Below, piece by piece: positions 10,278 through 21,984 of a DNA stretch of 64,000 nt; the stretch's first letter is position 1, and each line of letters starts with the position of its first letter. Position numbers and translations under genes: made by a program. The notes beneath the pieces are model-generated. The model was not told the origin of the DNA and ran no database searches. It saw nothing but the letters and a program-made list of their open reading frames with translations. Source of the stretch: Candidatus Nitrospinota bacterium M3_3B_026 (lineage in GTDB: Bacteria > Nitrospinota_A > UBA7883 > JBPRGF01); the NCBI GenBank assembly GCA_051418015.1, contig JBPRGF010000033.1, forward strand, positions 352,001 through 416,000. The letters run 5' to 3'.

Positions 10278-11471
10278 TCAGCCGACGACATCCCCCATCT
10301 TGAATATGGGCATGTACATGGCGACCACCACGAAGCCCACCACCACGCCGAGGAAGACCATGAGCATGGGCTCCAGCATGGACGTGAGCCCCTCCACCGC
10401 GGTGTCCACCTCCTCGTCGTAGAAGTCCGCGATCTTGTTCATCATGGCGTCCAACGCGCCGGTCTGCTCGCCCACCTCTATCATCTGGACGACCATGGGA
10501 GGAAACACCCCCTGCTCCTTCAACGGGTCCGCCAGGCCCCGCCCCTGCTTGATGTCGTCTATGATGTCCAGCACCGCCTCTTCTATCACCTTCTGCCCGG
10601 CGGTCTTCGCGGTTATGTTGAGCCCCTCGATGATGGGCACGCCCGAGGAGATGAGGGTTCCCATGGTCCTGGTGAACTTGGCCACGGCCACCTTCTGGAC
10701 GAGCTCGCCGAATATTGGCAGGCGTATAAGCAACCGGTCCGTGTAGAGCTTGCCCTTGTCCGTCTTCCTGATATAGATGAATCCCATGACAAGCGCTATG
10801 GGAAGCAGAAAGACTATGTACCAGTACTCGATAACAAAGTCTGACGCGCCTATGACGACCTGTGTCGGCCAGGGCAGCTCCTGCCCGAAATCGGCGAACA
10901 TCTTGCCGAACATGGGAATGACGAACACCAGCAGGAAAATCACCACCGCCACGGCCACCGTTATGATGGCCGCGGGATAGACCATGGCGGACTTGACCTT
11001 GGCTTTCAGCGCCATGGCCTTCTCCATGTAGTCGGCCAGGCGCAGGAGTATCTTGTCCAGTATGCCGCCGACCTCTCCGGCCTCGATCATGTTCGTGTAG
11101 AGGTCATCGAACACCTTGGGGTGCCGGCGCAGGGCGTCGGCGAAGGTCTCCCCGGCCTCGATCTTGCTCTTTATGTCGTTTATGATCTTGGAGAAAATCT
11201 TGTTGTCCGTGGACGTGGCCAGGATGTTCAGGCACTGCACCAGCGGCAGCCCGGCGCCGATCATCGTGGCGAACTGCCTGGTGAAGATAACGATGTCCTT
11301 CTGCTTGGGCCCGCCGCCGAAAAGGACGATGTCCTTCGGCTTTTGCTTGATCGAGGTGAACTTTATGTGCTGTCTGGCGAGGATGTTCTTGGCGGTTTCT
11401 ATGTTCTCGGCCTCGATCTCGCCCTTCTGGGAGCCGAGCTTCGTCTGAAACTTGTACTGATAAACAGGCAT
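10278..11471 (-). CDS. pilC: Type IV pilus inner-membrane platform protein (T2SS F family)
   Basis: FTRQFATMI.AGLPL, EAGEVGGILD, VKSAMVYP, GEQTGALD, AMYMPIF. Confidence 0.95.
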   Translation of the reverse strand: MPVYQYKFQTKLGSQKGEIEAENIETAKNILARQHIKFTSIKQKPKDIVLFGGGPKQKDIVIFTRQFATMIGAGLPLVQCLNILATSTDNKIFSKIINDIKSKIEAGETFADALRRHPKVFDDLYTNMIEAGEVGGILDKILLRLADYMEKAMALKAKVKSAMVYPAAIITVAVAVVIFLLVFVIPMFGKMFADFGQELPWPTQVVIGASDFVIEYWYIVFLLPIALVMGFIYIRKTDKGKLYTDRLLIRLPIFGELVQKVAVAKFTRTMGTLISSGVPIIEGLNITAKTAGQKVIEEAVLDIIDDIKQGRGLADPLKEQGVFPPMVVQMIEVGEQTGALDAMMNKIADFYDEEVDTAVEGLTSMLEPMLMVFLGVVVGFVVVAMYMPIFKMGDVVG

Positions 11472-11527
11472 GTCCTAGTCCCTTATCCAAGTGGCAAATA
11501 AGACCATCGTCCTAAAACCTTCCCTCT

Positions 11528-12256
11528 CTAGACCTCCTTGCCTGTTTCGATCAGTGTATCCTTGTACACGCGGAAAAACGTCTCGCTTTCATTCATGGAC
11601 TTTCGCAGAATAAGCTCCAGGTTCGGAAAATCCGCCTCGTTGATGACTATGTTAACGCTATTGACGAAGGCCGCCATGTTGTCCAGGGTCTTGAAGTTTT
11701 TCCCCACCAGCGCGACGAACATCTTCCGTCTTGTCTCCATACCCATGGGCTCTATGAACTTGTGGGCGGGGTTGTTTTTGGGGTCGGCCCCGGCGAAACG
11801 CTCGTTGATTATCACCAGGTCGTAGAAGTTGTGCTCCAGCTTCCTGACCGCCTCTTCGCCGGTTTTTACCGCGGTTATGAGATACTCGAGCTTCCTGAGC
11901 ACGGGGGATATCCGCTCCAGGTTCTCCGTGTCCGCCACCAGGGCCCGCTTCGCGCCCTCGGCGAGCATCTCCATCTCGTCTTCCAGCGCCTCGGCCATGG
12001 CCTCGAGGGACGCTTTCATCCCCTCCGGGGAAGGCGGGGGGACCGGCACGTTCTGGGTCTCGTCCAGTATCTGGGAGGTCGGCGTGGTCTCCGGAAGCCC
12101 TTCGAACTTCGGAAGGCCCTCGGGGGCGCTTCCCTCCCGGCTGACGCTCACCGGCTTGCCGCAACCCGGGCATTTGAACTTGACGGGTTTGTCCTTCGGG
12201 ATCTTTTCGTCAGGGACGTTGACCGTCTTTTGGCAGGAGGGGCAGATTACCTTCAT
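11528..12256 (-). CDS. Zinc-ribbon protein with C-terminal receiver-like domain
   Basis: CPSC...CPGC ribbon, Pro-rich linker, degenerate receiver-like fold; between the PilT-type gene and pilC. Confidence 0.65.
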   Translation of the reverse strand: MKVICPSCQKTVNVPDEKIPKDKPVKFKCPGCGKPVSVSREGSAPEGLPKFEGLPETTPTSQILDETQNVPVPPPSPEGMKASLEAMAEALEDEMEMLAEGAKRALVADTENLERISPVLRKLEYLITAVKTGEEAVRKLEHNFYDLVIINERFAGADPKNNPAHKFIEPMGMETRRKMFVALVGKNFKTLDNMAAFVNSVNIVINEADFPNLELILRKSMNESETFFRVYKDTLIETGKEV

Positions 12257-12262
12257 TCTGGT

Positions 12263-13456
12263 TTACCTCTTCTTTTTCCTGAAACCCGTGGAGACATCCC
12301 TGTCGTACTCCTCGTCCAGGGCCAGCTCTTCGATGTCGGTCGTCTTCTCGCCTCTCTTGCTCTTGATCATGTCGATCCCGCGGCCGACGATGGCCTTGCG
12401 CGAGGCGTAGCCGATGGCGGTCTCTTCCGTGATAAGCCCCTTCTCGTAAAGATCAAGTACGCTCTTGTCGAAGGTCTGCCAGCCGAAAGGCTCGGCGGAG
12501 GTTATTATGTCATAGAAGGTCTTGCCCTCCTGCTCCCCGTGGAGGATGGCGTCCTTGACGCGCAGGTTCGTCCCCATTATCTCGAACGCCGCCACGCGGC
12601 CGCCTCCCACCTTCGGCAGAAGTCTCTGACACACTATCCAGCGCAGGGACTCCGCCAGCCGGATGCGCACCAAGTGCTCCTCATCCAGTTCGAACATGCC
12701 GATGATGCGGTTTATGGTCTGCCCGGCGTCCACGGTGTGCAGGGTGCTCATCACCAGGTGGCCGGTCTCCGCGGCGGACATGCCGATCTCCACCGTCTCC
12801 CGGTCGCGCATCTCGCCGACCAGTATCACCTTGGGCGCCTGCCGAAGCGCGGCGCGGAGGCCCGCGGCGAAGGTGTCGAAGTCCTGCCCGAGCTCCCGCT
12901 GGTTGAAGGTGGCTTTCTTGTGGGTGTGGCTGTATTCCACCGGGTCTTCCAGCGTGACGACGTGGACCGATTTTTCGTTGTTTATCACGTCCAGCATGGC
13001 CGCAAGGGACGTGGTTTTACCGGACCCCGTGGCGCCCGTCACCAGAGCGAGGCCGTTCTTCTCCTGCGCTATCTTGTGGAAAATCTTCGGAAGCGACAGC
13101 TCCTCGATGGTCGGGATACTCGTCTCCAGCTTTCTCATCACTATGGAGTAGGTGTTCCGCTGGGAGAAGATGTTCACGCGGAACCTGGCCTTGTCCTTTA
13201 TGCGGTAGGAAAGGTCCGCCGAGCCTTTTTCAACAAGCTGGCGGGTCAGGCGCTTGTCCCTGCCGATCAGGTTCAGGGCCAAAACCTCCGTCTGGAAAGG
13301 GGTGAGCTTCCAGATGGGCGGCGTGATGTTCACGTTCTCAAGCTTGCCCGCCGCCTCCACCTGCAACGGCTTGCCGACGGTGAGATTCAGGTCCGACACG
13401 TTGTCGTAGCTGTTGAGCATCGTATCGAGGATGAAATCGACTTCGTTCTGTCTCAT
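12263..13456 (-). CDS. PilT/PilU-family type IV pilus ATPase
   Basis: RFRVNIF, GATGSGKT, TLEDPVE, LRQAPKVILVGEMRD, AAETGHLV.STLH; lacks the AIRNLIRE motif, so likely a paralog. Confidence 0.92.
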   Translation of the reverse strand: MRQNEVDFILDTMLNSYDNVSDLNLTVGKPLQVEAAGKLENVNITPPIWKLTPFQTEVLALNLIGRDKRLTRQLVEKGSADLSYRIKDKARFRVNIFSQRNTYSIVMRKLETSIPTIEELSLPKIFHKIAQEKNGLALVTGATGSGKTTSLAAMLDVINNEKSVHVVTLEDPVEYSHTHKKATFNQRELGQDFDTFAAGLRAALRQAPKVILVGEMRDRETVEIGMSAAETGHLVMSTLHTVDAGQTINRIIGMFELDEEHLVRIRLAESLRWIVCQRLLPKVGGGRVAAFEIMGTNLRVKDAILHGEQEGKTFYDIITSAEPFGWQTFDKSVLDLYEKGLITEETAIGYASRKAIVGRGIDMIKSKRGEKTTDIEELALDEEYDRDVSTGFRKKKR

Positions 13457-13661
13457 ATCTCAAACCCTCGCGGACGCCATTGAAAGGCAAGACTCATAAC
13501 CACGCCAGCCCCGGCGACGGGCTGCCCGGCGGCGCGCCGCATTTTTTCCATAAACGATGAACGCGCGGACATATCCTTAAAATACAACGTAATTATATAG
13601 TAATTAACAGTCAACTCAAGCGAAAAGAGGGCAGGGGCTCAGGATGGCGCCTTTTTCTCTG

Positions 13662-14855
13662 TCAGCCCTGCCGGAACTGCTTGGAGAGTCTCAGGGCCTG
13701 GTCGTAGTAGTTCGACCCGATCTCCTTCCCGTACCAGATGCCCGGTTTTTCGACCATCCGCTCGTATCTCATCTTAAAGAGAATCTGCCCGTCCTCGATG
13801 ATGAACGGCACGTCGTGGGGGCGAACCTCCAGAACCGCCTTCGTCCCCTTTATTTCGCCCGCCTTCCCATAGCCGAAGCCAGGGTCGAAAAACCCCGCGT
13901 AATGCGTCCGCAGCTCCCCCGAGCCGGAATCGAACTCCACCATCTCCGCCGCGCAGCTCAACGGAACCCTGATACGCTCTTTCGACGCGAAGATATAGAA
14001 TTCCTCAGGCTCCAGTATCAGCCGTCCGTTCTTGGGCGGGTAGATCGCCTCCCAGAAATCGTCCGCGTCATACTCGCCTATCTTTTCGAGGTCTATTACC
14101 TGGCTGTTTTTCTTGGCCTTATAGCCTATCGGCCCGTCATCGCCGGAAGGGTCGGCGAGGTCGACGCCCATCAGCAGACCGTCGCCCTGCCGTATGTGGA
14201 AATCATCTTCTATAGGCTCCTCCGATCCATAAAACAGCAGTTTTTCTTTTTCATATAGATCGCGCAACTCCCCGCCTGCGATATGGTTGGGGGAATAGGC
14301 TTTCGATATTCCGGTCTCCGCGGCGGATGGCTCCTCCGTTACCCTGAAAAGCCGAAGCTGGTTCAGGCGCATCCCGGAGCGAACCTTGATCGTGAAAGAC
14401 CTGGGCACGACCTCCAGGTAGAGATGGCCGAAATAGTCCTGAACGATATCCTCGAAGCGGTTGTTGAGATCGGTTATGACGCGCGTGAAGACGTCCAGCC
14501 TGCCGGTGGAGCTTTTCGGGTTCGTCTTGCCGCTGATCCCCGTCCCGGTGAGGTTGAGCGACTCATTGAGAGGTATCAGGTAGACGGCCTCACGCTCCAA
14601 TATCCCCCCCCTGTCAAGGTCCACCTCATACATGATGAGGTCCTTCATCTTGTTCTCCACCGTGTCCGACTGGGGGAGGAAGCTCGACTGGAGCCTGTAG
14701 GCCTTGGGGCCAAGCGTCAGGTCGATCGACGCGGGCTGGATATTATCCTTTACTGACCCTTTCCCGCTAGTAGGGACTATTTTCGCTTTATCTACAAGCC
14801 TTCTCAGCTCCTGGGAGGGTAGGACCCCTCCGGACTGTTTTCCGGCTCGTGTCAT
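13662..14855 (-). CDS. dcd: dCTP deaminase, long two-domain form
   Basis: [59 protein letters not shown]; start reassigned to ATG 14855. Confidence 0.9.
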   Translation of the reverse strand: MTRAGKQSGGVLPSQELRRLVDKAKIVPTSGKGSVKDNIQPASIDLTLGPKAYRLQSSFLPQSDTVENKMKDLIMYEVDLDRGGILEREAVYLIPLNESLNLTGTGISGKTNPKSSTGRLDVFTRVITDLNNRFEDIVQDYFGHLYLEVVPRSFTIKVRSGMRLNQLRLFRVTEEPSAAETGISKAYSPNHIAGGELRDLYEKEKLLFYGSEEPIEDDFHIRQGDGLLMGVDLADPSGDDGPIGYKAKKNSQVIDLEKIGEYDADDFWEAIYPPKNGRLILEPEEFYIFASKERIRVPLSCAAEMVEFDSGSGELRTHYAGFFDPGFGYGKAGEIKGTKAVLEVRPHDVPFIIEDGQILFKMRYERMVEKPGIWYGKEIGSNYYDQALRLSKQFRQG

Positions 14856-14955
14856 TGGAACCACATGGAAAATTATGTTGTTTGACTTGCTGAAGCCGCT
14901 TACTATATCATCAATTTTTCTCTTTGAACAAGCGGTAGTAAAGAGGCGTTCTGAA

Positions 14956-16644
14956 ATGAAGATGACCGGGGCGGAGATTTTCGTAAAGTCCCTGCAGAAG
15001 CTCGGCGTGGACACGATTTTCGGCTACCCCGGCGGGGTCGTCCTGCCGGTCTACGACGAGCTTTTCAAGCACCCCGAGCTGCGCCATATCCTCGTCCGCC
15101 ACGAGCAGGGCGCCGTGCACATGGCCGACGGCTACGCCCGCGCCACGGGCAAGGTCGGCGTGGCGCTGGTCACCTCCGGCCCGGGGGCGACGAACACCGT
15201 CACCGGCATAGCCACGGCCTGCATGGACTCCATCCCGATAGTGGTCTTCACCGGCCAGGTGCCAACGGCCCTGATCGGCAACGACGCCTTCCAGGAGGCG
15301 GACATCATCGGCATCACCCGCCCCTGCGTCAAGCACAGCTACCTGGTCAGCGACGTCGGCAAGCTGGCCAGGATCATGGCCGAGGCTTTCTATATCGCCT
15401 CCACGGGCAAACCGGGCCCGGTGGTCATAGACCTGCCCAAGGACGTGGTGACGAACATGACGAATTTCGAGTTCCCGGAGAAGGTCGAGCTGCGCTCCTA
15501 CAGGCCCACGGTTTCCGGCCACCATAAGCAGATAGAAAAACTCGCCGACGCCATGGCCGAGGCGAAGCGGCCCGTGCTCTATGTCGGCGGGGGCGTGATA
15601 TCCTCCGGCGCGTCGCCGGAGTTGAAGAAGCTGGCCGCCGCGACGCGAACGCCCGTTACGCCGACGCTGATGGGCCTTGGCTGCTTCGACACCAAGGACA
15701 AGCTATACCTCGGGATGCTGGGGATGCACGGCACATACAGGGCGAACATGGCCATGACCCACACCGACCTTGTCGTGGCCCTGGGGGCGAGGTTCGACGA
15801 CCGCGTTACGGGCAAGCTGGACGAGTTCGCCCCCCACGCCAAAATCGCCCACGCGGACATAGACCCCACGTCGATTTCCAAGAACGTCAAGTGCGATATA
15901 CCGGTGGTGGGAGACCTGAAGGACGTGTTGAAAAAGCTCAACGAGTCCGTAAAGAAAAGAAAGATCGACTGGAAATCCAAGAACAGGGACTGGCTGCGGC
16001 AGATCGGGGACTGGACGGAGGCCAAGGCGCTCGACTACGTGAGAAAAAAGAGCGTCATAAAGCCGCAGTTCGTCATAGAGGAGATAGACAGGATCACGAA
16101 AGGCGACGCCATATACACCACCGAGGTCGGGCAGAACCAGATGTGGGCGGCGCAGTACCTGCGGCTCAAGAAGCCCAGGACGTTCCTTACCTCCGGCGGG
16201 CTGGGGACGATGGGCTACGGCTTCCCCGCGGCGATAGGCGCCCAGGCGGCCTTCCCGGACAAGGTGGTCATAGACATAGCCGGGGACGGCTCCATACAGA
16301 TGAATATCCAGGAACTGGCCACGGCTGTGCAGAGCCGCCTGCCGGTCATCGTGGTCATCCTCAACAACGGCTTTCTCGGCATGGTGCGCCAGTGGCAGCA
16401 GCTTTTCTTCGATAACCGATACGCCTACACCTGCATGGAGGCGCAGCCGGATTTCGTCAGGCTGGCGGAGGCCTACGGCGCCCTGGGGCTGAGAGTCACG
16501 AAGCCTGAAGAGGTCGGCCCGGCCCTTGAGCGGGCGATAAGGGAAAGAAGACCCGCGCTCATAGACTGCGTGGTGGACCGGGAGGAGAACGTCTATCCCA
16601 TGGTCCCCGCGGGCGCGCCGTTGACGAAAATGCTGCTTGCTTGA
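14956..16644 (+). CDS. ilvB: Acetolactate synthase large subunit
   Basis: [34 protein letters not shown]...NN; start MKMTGAE after GAGG. Confidence 0.96.
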   Translation: MKMTGAEIFVKSLQKLGVDTIFGYPGGVVLPVYDELFKHPELRHILVRHEQGAVHMADGYARATGKVGVALVTSGPGATNTVTGIATACMDSIPIVVFTGQVPTALIGNDAFQEADIIGITRPCVKHSYLVSDVGKLARIMAEAFYIASTGKPGPVVIDLPKDVVTNMTNFEFPEKVELRSYRPTVSGHHKQIEKLADAMAEAKRPVLYVGGGVISSGASPELKKLAAATRTPVTPTLMGLGCFDTKDKLYLGMLGMHGTYRANMAMTHTDLVVALGARFDDRVTGKLDEFAPHAKIAHADIDPTSISKNVKCDIPVVGDLKDVLKKLNESVKKRKIDWKSKNRDWLRQIGDWTEAKALDYVRKKSVIKPQFVIEEIDRITKGDAIYTTEVGQNQMWAAQYLRLKKPRTFLTSGGLGTMGYGFPAAIGAQAAFPDKVVIDIAGDGSIQMNIQELATAVQSRLPVIVVILNNGFLGMVRQWQQLFFDNRYAYTCMEAQPDFVRLAEAYGALGLRVTKPEEVGPALERAIRERRPALIDCVVDREENVYPMVPAGAPLTKMLLA

Positions 16645-16653
16645 GGCGAGGTC

Positions 16654-17142
16654 ATGAGACACACGATATCCGTCCTCGTGGAGAACAAGTTCGGCGTGCT
16701 GGCCAGGATCTCGGGGCTGTTCTCCGGGAGGGGGTTCAACATAGAGTCGCTCTCCGTCGCGCCGACCATGGATCCGGCCAAGTCTCGGATGACGATAATC
16801 ACCCGCGGCGACGACAAGATTATCGAACAGATAACAAAGCAACTCAACAAGCTGATAGACGTCATAAAGGTCACGGACTACACGGGCGAGGAGTACGTCG
16901 ACCGGGAGATCCTGATGGTGAAGGTCAACGCGGAGCCGGCCAACAGGGCGGAGATACTCCGCATGACGGAGATTTTCAGGGGCAAGATAGTGGACGTATC
17001 CCCGAAGACCTACATCCTGGAGGTTACCGGGGCGGAGAGCAAGCTCAACGCCTTCATAGAGATGATAAAACCTCTGGGGATCATCGAGGTGGCGCGCAGC
17101 GGCAAGGTGGCCATGTCCCGCGGCAAGAAAACCCTTGGGTAG
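16654..17142 (+). CDS. ilvN: Acetolactate synthase small subunit
   Basis: MRHTISVLVENKFGVLARI, GFNIESL, QITKQLNKLIDV. Confidence 0.96.
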   Translation: MRHTISVLVENKFGVLARISGLFSGRGFNIESLSVAPTMDPAKSRMTIITRGDDKIIEQITKQLNKLIDVIKVTDYTGEEYVDREILMVKVNAEPANRAEILRMTEIFRGKIVDVSPKTYILEVTGAESKLNAFIEMIKPLGIIEVARSGKVAMSRGKKTLG

Positions 17143-17167
17143 GCCGTCCGGCCGGCCCGCCTGATAA

Positions 17168-18211
<1,044 letters not shown>

Positions 18212-18218
18212 TTTTCAT

Positions 18219-18872
18219 ATGAGGCTCCCCATCGCGGCGGACGGATGGTTTTTCGTGGCGCCGTCCGCCATTCTCTCGCTCGTTTTCTTCGCGGCGGGGT
18301 GGGGGGCCGCCGGATGGCTTTTCCTGGCGCTGGCCGTCTTCTGTCTATATTTTTTCCGCGATCCGGAAAGGACGCCGCCGGAAGGGGAGGATCTCGTGGT
18401 GGCCCCGGCGGACGGGAAGGTTGTTTTCATCGACACCGCCTTCCAGAGCCCGGAGCATCCCGAGGGGGCCGTGAGCGTCTCTATCTTTCTGTCAATTTTC
18501 AACGTCCACGTCCAGCGCTGTCCGCTGGCCGGGGAGGTGACCGGCAAGCGGTACAACCGGGGCAGGTTCATGGCCGCCTGGAGCCATAAGGCGAGCCTGG
18601 ACAACGAACAGGTGGCGACTATACTGAAAACCGGCCCGGGCGTCGTGCTCGTGAAGCAGATAGCCGGGCTCGTGGCGCGCAGGATAGTCAGCTGGGTCAG
18701 CGTCGGCGACAGGCTCGACAGGGGCCAGCGGCTGGGCCTCATACGGTTCGGGTCCAGGGTGGACCTCGTCCTTCCGGCGGGGGTGGAGATCGTCTGCTCT
18801 CTCGGCGACAGGGTGAAGGGGGGCGAGACAGTGATGGCCCGCGCCCCGGCGCGGCGGGAGGAGGACGAATGA
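18219..18872 (+). CDS. psd: Phosphatidylserine decarboxylase proenzyme
   Basis: FFRDPER, APADGKV, SIFLSIFNVH, QIAGLVARRI, RFGSRVD cleavage motif. Confidence 0.93.
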   Translation: MRLPIAADGWFFVAPSAILSLVFFAAGWGAAGWLFLALAVFCLYFFRDPERTPPEGEDLVVAPADGKVVFIDTAFQSPEHPEGAVSVSIFLSIFNVHVQRCPLAGEVTGKRYNRGRFMAAWSHKASLDNEQVATILKTGPGVVLVKQIAGLVARRIVSWVSVGDRLDRGQRLGLIRFGSRVDLVLPAGVEIVCSLGDRVKGGETVMARAPARREEDE

Positions 18873-19702
18873 GCGATCATGAACAGAGCGGCGCGGAGGA
18901 GGATCTCCACCCCCGGGAGGAGGACCGCGGCAGGCTCGAAAAGTTCCAGAATATTCGCAAGGGCATCTTCATCGTCCCCAGCCTGCTGACGTCCGCGGCC
19001 TTCTTCTGCGGGTTCTACTCGATCATCGCTTCCATCAACGGCGATTTCTACCGCGCCGCCTGGGCGGTCATAGTCGCCATGTTCTTCGACGGCATCGACG
19101 GCAGGGTGGCCAGAGCTACGGGCTCGGCCACGGCCTTCGGGGTGGAGTATGACTCGTTGTCCGACCTTGTGGCCTTCGGCGTGGCCCCCGCGATCCTGAT
19201 GTACAACTGGGTGCTGCAACCCTTCGGCAAGGTCGGCTGGATGGCGGGTTTTCTGTTCGTGATATGCGGGGCGCTGCGCCTCGCCAGGTTCAACACCCAG
19301 TCGTCGGAGGTGAGAAAGAACCGGTTCGTAGGGCTGCCCATCCCGCCCGCGGCGGGTTTTTTGGCGACGGTGGTTCTTCTGGCCCACGGCGGCCTGGAGA
19401 TAAAGAAGATACCGGCGGTCCTCATCGTCGCGGCCATGTACGCCCTGGCGCTATTCATGGTGAGCAACATCCCGTACAGAAGCTTCAAGCAGGTGGACCT
19501 GGCGAGACGCAAACCGTTCCACATATTCCTGGCGGTAGTGCTGACGACCTTCGTTGTTGTGCAGTTCCCCCATTACATGCTCTTCGCCATGGCCATGGCA
19601 TACGCCCTGAGCGGCCCCGTGGAGTTCGGGCTGGAGCTGCGGGGGAAGCCTTTCCGGGACAAGCTCATGACGCTTGCCGGTATACAGAAACCAGGAGTAT
19701 AA
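18869..19702 (+). CDS. pssA: CDP-diacylglycerol--serine O-phosphatidyltransferase
   Basis: DGIDGRVAR...FG.EYDSLSD.VAFGVAP, ALRLARFN. Confidence 0.93.
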   Translation: MSDHEQSGAEEDLHPREEDRGRLEKFQNIRKGIFIVPSLLTSAAFFCGFYSIIASINGDFYRAAWAVIVAMFFDGIDGRVARATGSATAFGVEYDSLSDLVAFGVAPAILMYNWVLQPFGKVGWMAGFLFVICGALRLARFNTQSSEVRKNRFVGLPIPPAAGFLATVVLLAHGGLEIKKIPAVLIVAAMYALALFMVSNIPYRSFKQVDLARRKPFHIFLAVVLTTFVVVQFPHYMLFAMAMAYALSGPVEFGLELRGKPFRDKLMTLAGIQKPGV

Positions 19703-19757
19703 AACCAGTTTCGCCCCGCCCAGACGGACCCGGCGGGATGGTTTGAGACACGAGACC

Positions 19758-21113
19758 ATGCTGGATCAGGACAAAGTCGGCAAAATAAAGGAGGAGATGG
19801 AAAGGGGAGGGGACGCCCTCGCCTCCGTCCTGGCGGAAAGCCATCCCTCCGAGATCGCCGCCGCCATCGACAGGTTCGAGGACGAGGAAAAGATCCTGGA
19901 GACATTCGGCGCCCTCGGCCCGGAGGACTGCGCGGAAGTCCTGCCCCACCTCAACGACCGCGCCCGAAGCCTGGTTCTCGAAAAATCCTCAGCCGCCCGG
20001 CTCTGCGAGGTCATCGAAGAGCTCGACAGCGACGACGCAGCGGACATCCTCGCGGACATGAGCAAGGAGAGGGCCGAGGAGGTCCTCCGCATAATGTCCG
20101 AGGAGACCGGCGAGGAGGTTATCCGCCTGATGGCCTACGACGAAGACTCGGCCGGCCACCTGATGCAGACGGAGCTGATCGCCGTCCCGGAGGGTTTTAC
20201 CGTCGCCGAGACGATCGAGAAAATCCGCGCCACGGCCGCCGCGGCGCGGGACATACACAACGTCTTCGTGGTGGACGGCATGGGGCGGCTCCGAGGGGTC
20301 GCGCCCTTGAGCAGCCTGATCCTCTCCAGCCCGGACGCGGAGATAAGGGATGTCATGGAGGATCAGCCTCCGATCTATGTCACCGTGGACGCGGACCAGG
20401 AGCACGTGGCGGACCTTTTCAAGCGCTACGACCTCGTCTCCCTGCCGGTGGTGGGGCCGGACATGACGCTGCTCGGAAGAATACTCGTGGACGACATCGT
20501 GGACGTGCTGGAAAAGGAGGCCGATGAGGACATAATGATAATGGCCGGCGCCCACGACGAGGCGCTCGTCCAGACCCGCACGGCGGCGCAGATGGCCCGC
20601 TACCGCCTCCCGTGGCTCGGCTCCTCCCTTGTCGGGGGACTCATCACCGGGGCGTTGTTGTGGCAGTTCAAGATGACCATCTCCGAGGCGCTTGCGCTGA
20701 CGGCTTTTATCCCCGTGGTCATGGGCTTGAGCGGCAACGTGGGGGCGCAAAGCTCGGCCCTGGTCATCCGCGGCATCGCCACGGGGAGGATGGACTCCGG
20801 GTCGCTCCGCCGCTACTTTTCAAGGGAGGTAATGGTGGGGATATTGCTGGGGCTGTTCTGCGGCGCGGCGGCCGGCGCTTTCGCCCATGTGTGGCAGGGC
20901 TCCTGGGCGTTCGGGGTGGTGGTCGGGCTCTCCATATTCCTTTCCATACAGCTGGCCGCGCTTATGGGGACGGCGATACCCTTCTTTTTCAGGTGGGCGA
21001 ACATCGACCCGGCGATAGCCGGTGGGCCCATCGTCCTGGCCCTGAACGACATCACGGGTCTTGTGGTCTTTTTCGCCATGGCCACGGCGCTTTTAGGCTA
21101 CCTGGGGGGCTGA
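19758..21113 (+). CDS. mgtE: Magnesium transporter MgtE
   Basis: DDAAD, YDEDSAG.LM, CBS pair, RLPWL, GNVGAQS, DPAIAGGP...ND. Confidence 0.93.
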   Translation: MLDQDKVGKIKEEMERGGDALASVLAESHPSEIAAAIDRFEDEEKILETFGALGPEDCAEVLPHLNDRARSLVLEKSSAARLCEVIEELDSDDAADILADMSKERAEEVLRIMSEETGEEVIRLMAYDEDSAGHLMQTELIAVPEGFTVAETIEKIRATAAAARDIHNVFVVDGMGRLRGVAPLSSLILSSPDAEIRDVMEDQPPIYVTVDADQEHVADLFKRYDLVSLPVVGPDMTLLGRILVDDIVDVLEKEADEDIMIMAGAHDEALVQTRTAAQMARYRLPWLGSSLVGGLITGALLWQFKMTISEALALTAFIPVVMGLSGNVGAQSSALVIRGIATGRMDSGSLRRYFSREVMVGILLGLFCGAAAGAFAHVWQGSWAFGVVVGLSIFLSIQLAALMGTAIPFFFRWANIDPAIAGGPIVLALNDITGLVVFFAMATALLGYLGG

Positions 21114-21184
21114 CGCCTGTCCGCCGGACAGACGGGAAAATGTGGCTGGCGGCGATAGAAAGAATCTCTTGCCGGACACAGCGA

Positions 21185-21266
21185 TGTCATGCTGAGTGGC
21201 AGCGAAGCATCCCGTGCGGGCATGTCACACTTGGCGGGATTCTTCGGCCTTCGGCCTCAGAATGAC
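21185..21266. repeat. Palindromic REP-like element, copy 1
   Basis: TGTCATGCTGAG..GCGAAGCATCCCG...CGGGATTCTTCG..CTCAGAATGAC; resembles the reverse complement of 33140-33215; between convergent genes. Confidence 0.85.
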
Positions 21267-21314
21267 GGTAGCGGGGTCCTCAAAACGACGGTTTGACGCC
21301 TTTTTCGGCGACCT

Positions 21315-21710
21315 CTATTTGACTATGCGCAGGTTGGGCCGCTTTTTAGGTTTCTGGCGCTTTTTCGCTCCGGAGTTCTGGCCGGGCTCCCTGCCTTGCG
21401 TCTGCGGCTGGGAGGAGCGGAACTGGATGACGGCGTCGTGTCCGCTCATCTGGATTATGGAGTCCCAGGGAAAACGGCAGGTATACACCTTCCCGGCGAA
21501 GCGCATGGACGCTTTTATGCCCTCCTGACCCGCGGTCATTTTTGGCGTGGGGTTGACGCCAAGAATGAAATCCACGATCTCCTGGCTTTTCAAATGGGTC
21601 GGGATGTCAACCCCCTCAGTGAGAGTGTTGACGCTTATCAGGACATCCCCCCTGTCTGCGAACCACTGGAAAATAGGAAGCTTGCTCAAAACTGACCCGC
21701 CTTCATACAA
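21315..21710 (-). CDS. SspB-like ClpXP adaptor protein
   Basis: ASMRFAG...PWDSI core, low-complexity linker, C-terminal RPNLRIVK resembling the SspB ClpX-binding tail; TTG start (alternative 21689). Confidence 0.7.
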   Translation of the reverse strand: MYEGGSVLSKLPIFQWFADRGDVLISVNTLTEGVDIPTHLKSQEIVDFILGVNPTPKMTAGQEGIKASMRFAGKVYTCRFPWDSIIQMSGHDAVIQFRSSQPQTQGREPGQNSGAKKRQKPKKRPNLRIVK

Positions 21711-21984
21711 CCGCTTAAATTATCGCATACATAGTGGGAGAGCGCCAGAGTTTATCCATCCGGGTGGTGGGTCAGTTTGAGCATTGTCAACCCGCCGGAG
21801 CCTGCTCTGAACGAAGAGAAGCGGCTCGGGACGCCGGACCGTTTCGGATTTCGCGCGGCTTTCTGACCCACACCCGCCATCTCGCTGGAAAGGAGACCTT
21901 CCCCCTGGCAGGGGAGAAAATATCCGGCGGCGCCTTATCTTTCGAGTTACGCAAAGGTCTTGTTGGAAAGCGGATGGGGCGTTT

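Noticed and set aside
8189..13483. Long + strand ORFs (638 aa, 573 aa) and similar ones at 43664-45223, 45465-47078, 57175-58638 and 59537-61375
   Set aside because: Antisense shadows of well-supported genes, expected in high-GC DNA; no recognisable motifs.
14704..15014. Apparent head-to-head overlap of dcd and ilvB in the ORF track
   Set aside because: Homology begins at ATG 14855 (-) and ATG 14956 (+), leaving a normal divergent promoter gap.
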